64,000 nt of DNA from an uncultured Candidatus Saccharibacteria bacterium (GCA_964649715.1 CAZYTH010000004.1:18135-82134); one strand, 5' to 3'. Positions 51,123 through 60,781 are shown, numbered from the stretch's first letter. Notes: generated by a model from the letters alone, not told the origin. Numbers and translations are program-made.

Positions 51123-52190
51123 ATGATAAATAGCGTCACAAAAGTTTTTATTTCATTTTTCCTCACATTTTCGGTGGGGATTTTGATTTCGCCAACAATC
51201 ACAAACTATCTTTATAAAAACAAAATGTGGAAAAAGAGAGTTAGAAATGAGGCACTCGGTGGCGGAGAGACACCTATATTCAATCAACTTCATAAAGAAA
51301 AAGAAATTGGCACTCCGCGCATGGGGGGGGTTGTTATATGGGCCAGTGTTTTAATCACTATTTTTATAATTTATCTGCTATCTGAAATTTTTCCTTATGT
51401 GGCGATACAAAAAATAAATTTCTTGAGCAAAAATCAAACATGGCTGACATTATTTGCTCTTGTTTCCGCTTCGTTGGTTGGTCTTATTGATGATATTCTC
51501 CAGGTTCGGGGCGGTGGAGGTTATATCGCGGGAGGACTAGCACTATCAAAAAGAATTGCGTTTGTTTTGTTTATCGGGCTTATCGGAGGGTATTGGTTCT
51601 ATTTTAAATTAGGCGTATCTTCTGTATCCATACCTTTTGCAGGAGAAACAATTTTGGGTTTTTGGTTCATTCCTTTGTTCATGTTGGTTATGTTAGCAAC
51701 TTTTTCTGGCGGTGTAATCGACGGATTAGACGGACTCGCAGGTGGAATTATGGCCGTCATTTTTTCTGCATATGGTGTAATCGCTTTTTTCCAGAACCAA
51801 ATAGATCTAGCGACGTTCTGCGGGGCTATCGTTGGAGGAATTCTTGCATTTTTATGGTTTAATATACCACCTGCAAGATTTTATATGTCAGAAACAGGAA
51901 TGTTGGGTTTAACCGTAACTCTTTCTGTGATTGCTTTTTTAACTGATTCTGTTGTTGTTCTTCCTGTAATTGCGATGCCGCTTATGGCAACAAGTGCTTC
52001 TGTTATTATTCAATATCTATCAAAAAAAATAATAGGCAAAAAAATATTTTTAGTTGCCCCTCTTCATCATCATTTTGAAGCAATTGGTTGGCCACCCTAC
52101 AAGGTAACAATGAGATACTGGATAATATCAATAGTTTTTGCTGTTATTGGAATGATAATTTCTGTTATGGGTATATCCGGTCTAAATTAA
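51123..52190 (+). CDS. mraY: Phospho-N-acetylmuramoyl-pentapeptide transferase
   Basis: GTPRMGG, GLIDD, DGLDGLA, FN..PA.FYM, APLHHHFE..GW. Confidence 0.95.
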   Translation: MINSVTKVFISFFLTFSVGILISPTITNYLYKNKMWKKRVRNEALGGGETPIFNQLHKEKEIGTPRMGGVVIWASVLITIFIIYLLSEIFPYVAIQKINFLSKNQTWLTLFALVSASLVGLIDDILQVRGGGGYIAGGLALSKRIAFVLFIGLIGGYWFYFKLGVSSVSIPFAGETILGFWFIPLFMLVMLATFSGGVIDGLDGLAGGIMAVIFSAYGVIAFFQNQIDLATFCGAIVGGILAFLWFNIPPARFYMSETGMLGLTVTLSVIAFLTDSVVVLPVIAMPLMATSASVIIQYLSKKIIGKKIFLVAPLHHHFEAIGWPPYKVTMRYWIISIVFAVIGMIISVMGISGLN

Positions 52191-52204
52191 TTTTTTATCA
52201 AAAA

Positions 52205-53317
52205 GTGTCAACAAAAATAAAAACAGATAAAATATTTCTCACCATTCTTATCGTCTTATCCTTTATTGGTTTACTTGTATTTATATCTGCTTCTTTGGGT
52301 ATACTCACAGAAAGCGTGGTTAATTTTCAAAAAATAGTAGTGAAACAAATTGTTCTTGGCTTAATGCTTGGGTGGCTATTATTATTTGTGGCAATAAAAA
52401 TAAACTATAAAAAATGGGACTCTTTGTCTGTATATATATTTTTTATATCTATTATTATCTCAGCACTAGTTTTTATTCCTGGCATAGGTTTCGGTTCTGG
52501 TGGTGCAAAAAGATGGATTGATATTGGTTTTACAACCTTCCAACCATCAGAAATCATGAAATTTGGATTTGTTATTTTCTATGCTTCTTTTTTAGTAAAA
52601 TCAAAAGAAAAAATAAAAACACTCGCAAGTGGAGTTGTCCCTACTTTGATGGTACTCTTGGTCCCATCGATTATTTTACTAAAACAACCAGACATGGGAA
52701 CTCTTTTCTCGTTAGCAATAGCGTGTCTCTTTATGTTCGCAGTCGCTGGAGGCAAAAAAGGGCACATCTTACTCTTTATCACAATAGGAATTTTACTTGT
52801 TATTTTTATGGCCTACTGTAAACCATACGCAATGGCAAGATTAACAACCTTCCTCGATCCAAGCAAAGATCCCTTAGGAGCAGGCTACCAAATAAGACAA
52901 TCCCTTATTGCGATAGGCTCTGGTCAAATTATTGGGCGTGGTTTTGGACAAAGTATACAAAAATTTAATTTTCTTCCTGAGGCTACTGGCGATTCTATAT
53001 TTGCTGTTATTTCAGAAGAATTTGGTTTCATCGGGAGTGTTCTGGTTGTTATACTATTTTTAATTTTCGGACTTCGTGGTCTTACGATAGCGAGTCAAAT
53101 AAATGATCAATTTGGACAACTTGTTGTTGTTGGTTTTGTTAGTATCGTTGTTTCTCAATCTTTTGTGAATATAGGTTCTATGCTGTCCATATTACCGCTT
53201 TCGGGCGTTCCTTTAATTTTTTTAAGCCATGGGGGTACATCTTTATTAATAACTTTATTTGAAATGGGAATAATTCTTAACATTTCACAAGGGATTAAGA
53301 TAAGATCCATCAAATAA
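52205..53317 (+). CDS. ftsW: SEDS peptidoglycan glycosyltransferase FtsW
   Basis: GAKRWI, FQPSE..K, QPDMG, GYQ..QS..AIGSG, LPE...D.IF, S.GG.S; GTG 52205 preferred as start; lies between mraY and murG. Confidence 0.92.
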   Translation: MSTKIKTDKIFLTILIVLSFIGLLVFISASLGILTESVVNFQKIVVKQIVLGLMLGWLLLFVAIKINYKKWDSLSVYIFFISIIISALVFIPGIGFGSGGAKRWIDIGFTTFQPSEIMKFGFVIFYASFLVKSKEKIKTLASGVVPTLMVLLVPSIILLKQPDMGTLFSLAIACLFMFAVAGGKKGHILLFITIGILLVIFMAYCKPYAMARLTTFLDPSKDPLGAGYQIRQSLIAIGSGQIIGRGFGQSIQKFNFLPEATGDSIFAVISEEFGFIGSVLVVILFLIFGLRGLTIASQINDQFGQLVVVGFVSIVVSQSFVNIGSMLSILPLSGVPLIFLSHGGTSLLITLFEMGIILNISQGIKIRSIK

Positions 53318-53392
53318 ATAAGGGTTCTTTTTTTATAAAAAGAATGATAAACTCTAGATAATAAAATTTTTATACAATTTATTTATTGCCAA

Positions 53393-54529
53393 ATGAAAAT
53401 ACTATTTAGCGGAGGTGGTACAGGAGGGCATTTTTATCCTATTATTGCAGTAGCTGAAGCGATCAACGATATTATAAACAGAGAAAAACTTGTTGGGGTT
53501 AAAATGTATTTTATGTCAGATAAACCGTACGACGAAAGATTACTCTTTGAAAATGGAATAATATTCAAAAAAGCCACTGCCGGAAAATTAAGAAATTATT
53601 TTTCATTAAAGAATTATTTTTGGGACCCCATTAAAACTTTATTTGGGATATTTTCGGCTACCTGGAAGATATTTTGGATATATCCTGACGTAATCTTCGG
53701 AAAAGGTGGTTATGCAAGCTTTCCTGCTTTGGTGGCAGCCAAAATACTCAGAATTCCGATTTTCATACATGAATCAGATTCTTTGCCAGGCAGAGTCAAC
53801 TTAATGGTTGGAAAATGGAAGAATACTATTAGAATTGCAGTCTCTTATCCTGAAGCAATGAATTATTTTCCCTCTGAAAAAGTAGCGATAACAGGAAACC
53901 CAATAAGAAAAGATATTATAAATTTAAACAAAAAAGGATCACACGAATACTTTGGGCTAGAAGAAACAATTCCCACGATATTAGTTATTGGTGGTTCTCA
54001 GGGCGCTGTTAAAATTAATGATATAATCATAGATTCACTTCCTGATTTAATAAAAAAATATCAAATAATACATCAAACAGGAAAAGAAAATTTCAAAGAA
54101 GCTTCTTCTCGCGCAACATTTTTAATAGAAAGGGAACCGAACCTAAAAAGATACAAACCAGTTCCTTATCTAGATGAAACAGCATTAAAAATGGCCGGAG
54201 GGTGTGCGGATATCGTTATTTCTAGGGCGGGTTCAAGTATTTTTGAAATAGCAACATGGGGGTTGCCAAGCATAATAATACCAATACCTGAAGACATAAG
54301 TCGTGACCAAAGGAAAAATGCCTATTCTTATGCCAGGGTTAGCGGGGCAAGTGTTTTAGAAGAAAAAAATCTTAGTCCTATTATACTTTCTACTGAAATA
54401 GATAGAATACTTAAAAACAAAAAGACAAGCGAAGACATGAAGAATGGGGCCCTAAGATTTTCGTCAAAAGATGCTTCTCAAGTAATAGCAAGCGAAATAA
54501 TAAAAATGGGTCTAGAGCACGAAGAATAA
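53393..54529 (+). CDS. murG: UDP-N-acetylglucosamine--lipid I transferase
   Basis: GGGTGGH.YP, GGY.S.P, HESD..PG, GNPIR, GGSQGA, SRAG. Confidence 0.96.
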   Translation: MKILFSGGGTGGHFYPIIAVAEAINDIINREKLVGVKMYFMSDKPYDERLLFENGIIFKKATAGKLRNYFSLKNYFWDPIKTLFGIFSATWKIFWIYPDVIFGKGGYASFPALVAAKILRIPIFIHESDSLPGRVNLMVGKWKNTIRIAVSYPEAMNYFPSEKVAITGNPIRKDIINLNKKGSHEYFGLEETIPTILVIGGSQGAVKINDIIIDSLPDLIKKYQIIHQTGKENFKEASSRATFLIEREPNLKRYKPVPYLDETALKMAGGCADIVISRAGSSIFEIATWGLPSIIIPIPEDISRDQRKNAYSYARVSGASVLEEKNLSPIILSTEIDRILKNKKTSEDMKNGALRFSSKDASQVIASEIIKMGLEHEE

Positions 54530-54600
54530 TCCGTTACATATTTGTCTATATTTAAATTATTTTTACCTTTAAAAATTTATTTATTATCCAATAAAATATT

Positions 54601-55917
54601 ATGGAAAATAATAAAAACAAAACTATAACTCGTTTTCCTCCTTCACCAACAGGAAATCTTCATATTGGTGGACTAAGAACAGCTCTATTTAATTATTTAT
54701 TCGCGGAGGCAAAGAACGGAGAAATGGTCTTTCGAATAGAAGACACCGATAGAGAAAGATCTAAGGAAGAATACGAGAAAAGTATCGTAGATTCACTCAA
54801 TTGGATTGGCATAAAAACCAGCAAACCAGTTAGACAATCAGAGAGAGTAGCTATCTATAAAAAATACCTAGAAAAAATGATTGAAAACGGTTTCGTGTAT
54901 GTTTCAAAAGAAGAGCCTGATGAAAAAAGTGAGAGAACAGAGGTTCTTAGGTTCAAAAACCCAAACAAAAAAATAAAATTTGAAGATATGGTGCTTGGGA
55001 CAATAGAAGTTGACACAACAGATCTTGGAGATTTTGTGGTTGCAAAAGACTTAAATACCCCCCTATATCACTTAGCTGTGGTTGTGGATGACTTTGAAAT
55101 GGGTATAACACACATTTTAAGGGGACAGGAACACATTGCGAACACCCCCAGACAAATACTCATTCAGGAGGCAATAGGGGCCCCTAGGCCGTTTTATGCG
55201 CACATACCACTAATCTTGGCCCCAGACAAAACCAAGCTGTCAAAAAGGCATGGGGCTGTATCTGTCATTCAATACAAAGAAGAAGGTTACCTCCCAGAGG
55301 CCTTAATAAATTTTCTTGTTCTTATTGGATGGAATCCTGGAAACGATAGAGAATTCTTTACTCTCGATGAGCTCAAAAAAGAATTTTCTATTGAAAAAAT
55401 ACAGAAATCAAGTGGGGTTTTTGATGTAAAAAAACTAAATTGGATGAATAAAGAATATATCAAAAAACTTCCTTTGGAAAAATTGTCGATTTATATCAAA
55501 GAACGTGTTCCCAAAAATATTCAAGAAAATAAAAAATTTGAGATAATTTTCCCAAAATTAATAAATATCATTGCCGATAGAATAGAAAAATTTAACGACG
55601 TAACAAAAATTTTTGAGTCCGGAGAATTTAATTATCTTTTTGAAAAACCGAACTATGAAAAAAGTTTACTGAAAAATACTTCTTATTTGGCTGAATTAAC
55701 AAAAATGATTGAAAACATAAAAGAAGATGAATTTATAAATGAAAAAATTAAATTATCTCTCTGGGACTTTGCAACAGAAAAGGGGAGAGGGGATGTCTTG
55801 TGGCCAATGAGAGTAGCACTATCAGGAAAAGAAAAATCCCCAGATCCATTTACCTTGGCCGAAATTTTAGGAAAAGAAGAAACAATCTCGAGAATCAGTG
55901 AGGCTCTAAAAATTTAA
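54601..55917 (+). CDS. gltX: Glutamate--tRNA ligase
   Basis: RFPPSPTG.LHIGG, RIEDTD, VVDD..MGITHILRG, KLSKRHG. Confidence 0.96.
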   Translation: MENNKNKTITRFPPSPTGNLHIGGLRTALFNYLFAEAKNGEMVFRIEDTDRERSKEEYEKSIVDSLNWIGIKTSKPVRQSERVAIYKKYLEKMIENGFVYVSKEEPDEKSERTEVLRFKNPNKKIKFEDMVLGTIEVDTTDLGDFVVAKDLNTPLYHLAVVVDDFEMGITHILRGQEHIANTPRQILIQEAIGAPRPFYAHIPLILAPDKTKLSKRHGAVSVIQYKEEGYLPEALINFLVLIGWNPGNDREFFTLDELKKEFSIEKIQKSSGVFDVKKLNWMNKEYIKKLPLEKLSIYIKERVPKNIQENKKFEIIFPKLINIIADRIEKFNDVTKIFESGEFNYLFEKPNYEKSLLKNTSYLAELTKMIENIKEDEFINEKIKLSLWDFATEKGRGDVLWPMRVALSGKEKSPDPFTLAEILGKEETISRISEALKI

Positions 55918-55962
55918 TTTTATAGCCACAAACCAATACGCTTGTTATAATGTTATCGTAAC

Positions 55963-57318
55963 ATGAGAAATTTTTTAATTTTCTTTAATAAATCGTCGGC
56001 AAAACAAAAATTATTTTTTATTTTATTTATTTCTTCATTTTTTTTAACAATTTTTATTAATCCTGCAAATTCTTTAGCCGATGTTTCTTATTCCATTGAA
56101 GAACTCCGTTCTCAGATAAAAGAACGGGATGAGGAAATTAAAAAACTTGAAAAAGAAATCGCGGAGTTAGACGATACAATAAAAAAAACAGCAGGAAATA
56201 CAAAAACACTGCAAAACGACCTTGCAAAAATAAACAACACAATTAATCAATTAAACAAAGAAGTTCTTATCACAGAAACAAAAATAAGTGCCACAAGACT
56301 TGGAATAAACAAATTATCAAAAGAGATTGTAAATAGGGAAGTTGATATTGAAGCGGACAAAAATTCAATCGGTCAAACAATAAAGATAATAAATGAAAAA
56401 GATATGGATTCCCCAATAGAAACAGTATTATCCGGAAAAAACTTTTCTGGCGAGTGGGAATACATTGATACAATAGAACAACTTCAGGAAAAAATAAAAG
56501 ACAGAATAATCGGTCTCGAATTTAGAAAAGAACAGCTAACCAAAGACAAAAATGACATGGACAAGCAAAACAATGATCTAACTAAATTAAAAAATAAACT
56601 TGTTGATCAAAAATACATTACAAGCCAAAATAAAATTTCTAAAGACAAACTTCTTAAGGAGACCCAAAACCAGGAGGCAGTTTACAGGAAAATGTTAGCC
56701 GATAGGTTGAGCAGAAAACAAGATCTCGAAAAAGAGTTATTTGAGTATGAGTCACAATTAAAAGTAGCAATTGACCCTAATTCTTATCCAAAGCAGGGAA
56801 CAAGAATACTCAATTGGCCAATTGAGACACCATACGTAACACAACTTTTTGGAAAAACAGCAGATTCTGGTAGGCTTTATGCCTCAGGAACACATAGCGG
56901 TGTTGATTTTAGAGCAAAAATAGGCACACCAATAAAAGCATCTGCGGGGGGAATTGTGATGGGAACGGGTGACACCGACGCAACTTGTCCCAAAGCTTCA
57001 TACGGAAAGTGGGTTCTTTTGAAACACCCAAATGGCCTAGCGACATTATACTCGCACTTGAGTCTCATAAAAGTTAAAGACGATGAAAACATAATTGATG
57101 GTCAGGTTTTAGGTTACAGTGGTGATACTGGATATTCAGAGGGACCACACCTACACTTTGGAGTTTTTGTTTCCGGAGCCGTTCATGTGTCCGGACCAAA
57201 AGAATACAAGAGTAGAGTTTGTGGAACCTACATGAAATTACCACTTGCTCCAACAAATGCTTATCTAGACCCAATGTCTTACCTCCCAATGAAGGGAAGC
57301 AATATCAAACTTGACTAA
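55963..57318 (+). CDS. M23 peptidase with N-terminal TM and long coiled coil (EnvC/CwlO-like architecture)
   Basis: HSGVD (HxxxD), YSHL, GYSEGPHLHF (HxH). Confidence 0.9.
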   Translation: MRNFLIFFNKSSAKQKLFFILFISSFFLTIFINPANSLADVSYSIEELRSQIKERDEEIKKLEKEIAELDDTIKKTAGNTKTLQNDLAKINNTINQLNKEVLITETKISATRLGINKLSKEIVNREVDIEADKNSIGQTIKIINEKDMDSPIETVLSGKNFSGEWEYIDTIEQLQEKIKDRIIGLEFRKEQLTKDKNDMDKQNNDLTKLKNKLVDQKYITSQNKISKDKLLKETQNQEAVYRKMLADRLSRKQDLEKELFEYESQLKVAIDPNSYPKQGTRILNWPIETPYVTQLFGKTADSGRLYASGTHSGVDFRAKIGTPIKASAGGIVMGTGDTDATCPKASYGKWVLLKHPNGLATLYSHLSLIKVKDDENIIDGQVLGYSGDTGYSEGPHLHFGVFVSGAVHVSGPKEYKSRVCGTYMKLPLAPTNAYLDPMSYLPMKGSNIKLD

Positions 57319-57738
57319 ACTTAAAATATGTTTTTATATTTTAAGTTTCCCTATTTTTCCATTAAGAGAAAACAGGGGAGTAAGTATTACATTGGAAACC
57401 TTGAATAATATATACAATTACCATGAACTATGTGTTTTGAATTATGGTTTTGATAAATTTAACAGATTTACTCTTTATAAAGAATATTTTTAATTTTGAA
57501 AAATTTTCAACTTTGTTAAACCGAAAATTATATTCCGCTGAAAAATATTTTTTAAATACCTCACAACAACCATTCAAAATAATTTCATAAAGCGAAAAGC
57601 TAATGGTAATAAAAATGACCTCCTAAAATGACCTACAACAAAATTATTTTTACTCATTGACCCATTATTCATTAAAAATAGAACAGGGAAGACATTTTCT
57701 TTGTTCGCATCTACGCTGTGTGCTTTTTTTAATATACA

Positions 57739-57766
57739 GTGTCGCAAAAGATATATTGTGCGACAC
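57739..57766. other. Symmetric dif-like tyrosine-recombinase site (11-6-11)
   Basis: GTGTCGCAAAA-GATATA-TTGTGCGACAC in a 556-bp intergenic gap where gene orientation flips. Confidence 0.5.
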
Positions 57767-57874
57767 TGTGTATATTTATAATTACGTACTTCCCCATTAA
57801 AAAACTCTCCTGCGTAAAGGTGAGTAAAATATATTTATCAATAATAATATCACCAATTTTTTTAGTGATATTAT

Positions 57875-58429
57875 TTATAATTTTTCGATAACTTTATCTG
57901 TCTGTTCTTCTAAGTATAATAAGTCTCTATCATTTATTATCGAGAAATCAGCGAGCTTGCTACAAGCTATCAACCTTTGACCTTTTTCTCCTCCGTCTAA
58001 CTCCAAAGCTTCTTTAGCCTCAAAATCAGCCAGACTCTCCCCGTCTCCAGCCCTTCCCCTAGACGTAGACCTCTCATATCTAAGCTCTATCGGAGCATCA
58101 ACAAATATTAGCTTAAAGTCATAAAAATTTTTCTTAATTTCTTCTGGCTCTGCTGGATTTCTGATACTAGTTATAACTATCTTTTCAGAACCATCATCCT
58201 TTATCCTTTTTATGGCTCGGATAGCAAGCTCGTTTGCATTAAAATTCTCTCTTATCTCATTTCCCACCCTAATCATGTTGTCCCTAGAATGTTCCAACCC
58301 CCTTTTTGTAAGTTCAAAACGTATCTCATCTGAAAGAGAAAAATTTTTGAAACTATATTTTTGTACTAGGTATTCTGCGACAGTGTCCTTCCCTGAAGCG
58401 TTTGTCCCTGTTATTCCAATGACTTTCAT
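57875..58429 (-). CDS. P-loop kinase (dephospho-CoA kinase/NMP kinase-like)
   Basis: VIGITGTNASGKDT, SIRNPAE, VDAP.E.RY.R...RGR.GD, AD..I.N. Confidence 0.8.
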   Translation of the reverse strand: MKVIGITGTNASGKDTVAEYLVQKYSFKNFSLSDEIRFELTKRGLEHSRDNMIRVGNEIRENFNANELAIRAIKRIKDDGSEKIVITSIRNPAEPEEIKKNFYDFKLIFVDAPIELRYERSTSRGRAGDGESLADFEAKEALELDGGEKGQRLIACSKLADFSIINDRDLLYLEEQTDKVIEKL

Positions 58430-58695
58430 AATATTTTATTAATAATACCACTCTCAAGATGCCAGCCACCATCAGGGCATTTCTCCTCGAAAATAACAAA
58501 CACCTTATTCATTTCAAAATCATGCCCAATGGCTTCCTTTTTATTAATTCTGTGTTTACCACAAGAACAGTGTTCTATTGTATAGTCCAATTCAGAATCT
58601 ATTTCTTTATGTTTGCCACCACAGTGATGAACAACATGCTTACCCTCTTTGTGATGAATATGATGAAATAAATAAATTATACTTTGATTTTTCAT
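58426..58695 (-). CDS. His/Cys-rich hypothetical protein
   Basis: 12 His and 4 Cys in 89 aa; 4-bp overlap with the kinase gene. Confidence 0.72.
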   Translation of the reverse strand: MKNQSIIYLFHHIHHKEGKHVVHHCGGKHKEIDSELDYTIEHCSCGKHRINKKEAIGHDFEMNKVFVIFEEKCPDGGWHLESGIINKIL

Positions 58696-58734
58696 CTACC
58701 GATTATAACCCAAAATATAAAATATTTAAAACAT

Positions 58735-58756
58735 AAAGCCCGGAATTTTCCGGGCT
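58735..58756 (-). terminator. Probable intrinsic terminator
   Basis: AGCCCGGAA-TT-TTCCGGGCT just after the 58767..59033 stop. Confidence 0.6.
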
Positions 58757-58766
58757 CAGAGGGTAT

Positions 58767-59033
58767 TTATTTCTTTTTACATTTGCAATCAGGGCAATCA
58801 CCATCTTGTTTTGAACACTCAAAAAATTCAGCTTGTTCCTCGTCGCAACCACATTCAAAATTTCTGTCTTCTTGGGAATATCTTCTGATACTTAGACAAA
58901 TGCCAATTGCTACCAAGAAAACAGCTAAAATCAAAAGATAAACCAATCCAGCATCAATACCAAGCAAAAAAACAAAGGGAGAGAAAACAAAAAGTAAAAT
59001 AGCGACAAGAATAAGTGATGTGATTTCTTTCAA
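58767..59033 (-). CDS. Small two-TM protein with Cys-rich tail
   Basis: TAAGGAGGT SD and TTG start; tail CGC...C......CPDCKC. Confidence 0.72.
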   Translation of the reverse strand: MKEITSLILVAILLFVFSPFVFLLGIDAGLVYLLILAVFLVAIGICLSIRRYSQEDRNFECGCDEEQAEFFECSKQDGDCPDCKCKKK

Positions 59034-59097
59034 AAAATACCTCCTTAGGAACCATCCTCTTAAAACTTAACACAAAAAGTTTCTTTGGTAAACAAAA

Positions 59098-59862
59098 CTA
59101 TAAATTTAAGCCCTCCATTTCTCCTGCAGATTCTCTATAAGTGCAATAATCACAATCAGGACTTGGTTTTGGCATCTCATCACACACAAGACATTTACGC
59201 ACTCTTTCCAACGCCTTTTCCATCCACGAGTCATCTCCTTTGTGCGGAATTATTTTTATATCAAATTCGAGCTTGCCGTCAAACGCCTTTCTGTCAGTTT
59301 TCCCATTGCAATAAACAAAATATGCCGTATCTGAAACTTTAAAACCATTTTGTCTAAATAGCCACTGATACATCTCAACCTGTCTTTTATATCCTATCTG
59401 CCAATCAGCATCAAGTGTTACCTCTTCTTCTTTCGACGTGGCCTTATAGTCAACTATGTGCAACTCCCCTTTCTTATTGACCCAAACATCATCCACCCCT
59501 CCTGTTATAAGAAGATTTGTTTGCTTGTGGTGAAATTGTATTCCCCTCCTCAACGCATCCCGCCATTCATCCATTCTTTCGTCACGAAGAGGTACCACAT
59601 CTATTCCATAATGATCCATAAGGGGGTGTTTTGTTTGTTCCGCCCTATGAACATCAAATTCTTTTTTTAAAAGAGTATCTACCGCGGAATTTAAATTAAA
59701 AGGAAATCCTGGTGGTCTATCTACACCGAGTCTGCGGTCCAAATAAAAACATCTTGGACAATTTAAAAAAAGATCTATCCTTGAGCGAGATAACTTAAAA
59801 GGCTCTTTGGATTTTGGATCAAAGATGTTCTTTGTTCTTTTTCCTGAATAGTATTTGGACAT
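59098..59862 (-). CDS. PD-(D/E)XK nuclease (RecB/AddB/Cas4-like)
   Basis: LSRS....F..CPRCFY, GGVDD, IVDYK, QVEMY, C-terminal CDYC. Confidence 0.88.
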   Translation of the reverse strand: MSKYYSGKRTKNIFDPKSKEPFKLSRSRIDLFLNCPRCFYLDRRLGVDRPPGFPFNLNSAVDTLLKKEFDVHRAEQTKHPLMDHYGIDVVPLRDERMDEWRDALRRGIQFHHKQTNLLITGGVDDVWVNKKGELHIVDYKATSKEEEVTLDADWQIGYKRQVEMYQWLFRQNGFKVSDTAYFVYCNGKTDRKAFDGKLEFDIKIIPHKGDDSWMEKALERVRKCLVCDEMPKPSPDCDYCTYRESAGEMEGLNL

Positions 59863-59924
59863 AAAGAAGATTTAAGATTTGTAATCAAAAACAATAGTAG
59901 AAGTATAACAATTTTAAGCCAAAT

Positions 59925-59950
59925 AAAAAAGCGGGTCTTTTGCCCGCTTT
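59925..59950 (-). terminator. Intrinsic terminator between the two nuclease paralogs
   Basis: AAAAAAGCGGGT-CTTTT-GCCCGCTTT. Confidence 0.7.
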
Positions 59951-59961
59951 AAAGATAAATA

Positions 59962-60717
59962 TTATTTTATTTCTTTCCTTACCTCGTCCCAATAGAGACA
60001 AAGATCGCAATTTTGACCCCTTGGTGGTATTTTTGAAGCGTTCAGACAGGAGTGCGCATTAATTATTGAACGCTCAACCCAAAAATCGTCTCCCTCATAT
60101 GGAACAATTTTCATCTCAAATTCCAACTTGCCATCAAAAGCATCTTTATCTTTCTTGCACACACAAAGCAAAAAATATCCGACATCTTTTACTGTGAAGC
60201 CGTTTTTTCTGAAGAGCCATTGATATACCTCTATCTGACGTTCACACATTCTTTTCCACCCAGGATCAAATGCTCCCATGTCTGAATTAGGTACAGCTTT
60301 ATAGTCAACAATGATAATATCGCCGTCTCCTGAAATCCAAACATCATCAACTCCGCCGGTGATAATGAGATTAGTTTTTTTGTGCAAAAACTGTATCCCT
60401 TGTCTCAAGGAATCACGCCATTGATTGAGATCAGGGTGGGAAAATGGAATAGCGTCTAAGCCGAATTCTTCCATTATTGGATGTTTTTTGCCGATTGTTC
60501 GATAAGAATCAAATTCTTTTTTGAGAAGTGCGTCTATCATAATGTTTAAAGTCATTGGGAAAATCGGTGGCCTATCTATCCCAAGCCTTCTGTCAAGATA
60601 AAAGCACCTTGGACAATTCATAAACATCTCAAGCCTATATCTGCTTAATTTATATGGTATTTTCGAACCTGGATTATAAATATTTCTAACTCTTCTTGGT
60701 CTGTAATATTTAGACAA
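59962..60717 (-). CDS. PD-(D/E)XK nuclease, tandem paralog of 59098..59862
   Basis: CPRCFYLDRRLG, GGVDD, IVDYK, QIEVY, CDLC; AAGGAGG SD and TTG start. Confidence 0.88.
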   Translation of the reverse strand: MSKYYRPRRVRNIYNPGSKIPYKLSRYRLEMFMNCPRCFYLDRRLGIDRPPIFPMTLNIMIDALLKKEFDSYRTIGKKHPIMEEFGLDAIPFSHPDLNQWRDSLRQGIQFLHKKTNLIITGGVDDVWISGDGDIIIVDYKAVPNSDMGAFDPGWKRMCERQIEVYQWLFRKNGFTVKDVGYFLLCVCKKDKDAFDGKLEFEMKIVPYEGDDFWVERSIINAHSCLNASKIPPRGQNCDLCLYWDEVRKEIK

Positions 60718-60781
60718 AAACCCTCCTTAATTATCAAAGATCGAATCTCTAAATTTTATTATAACAGAATCTCAAAAAATT

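Noticed and set aside
52088-52204. N-terminal extension of FtsW given in the ORF track
   Set aside because: Overlaps the mraY 3' end by about 100 bp and is not FtsW-like; GTG at 52205 fits better.
57428-57634. 60-codon minus-strand frame after AGGAGG, with an AAAATGACCT direct repeat; also the overlapping + ORF 57311..57493
   Set aside because: Only an ATT start is available next to the SD, the product is low-complexity, and there is no homology evidence; possibly a decayed gene but unsupported.
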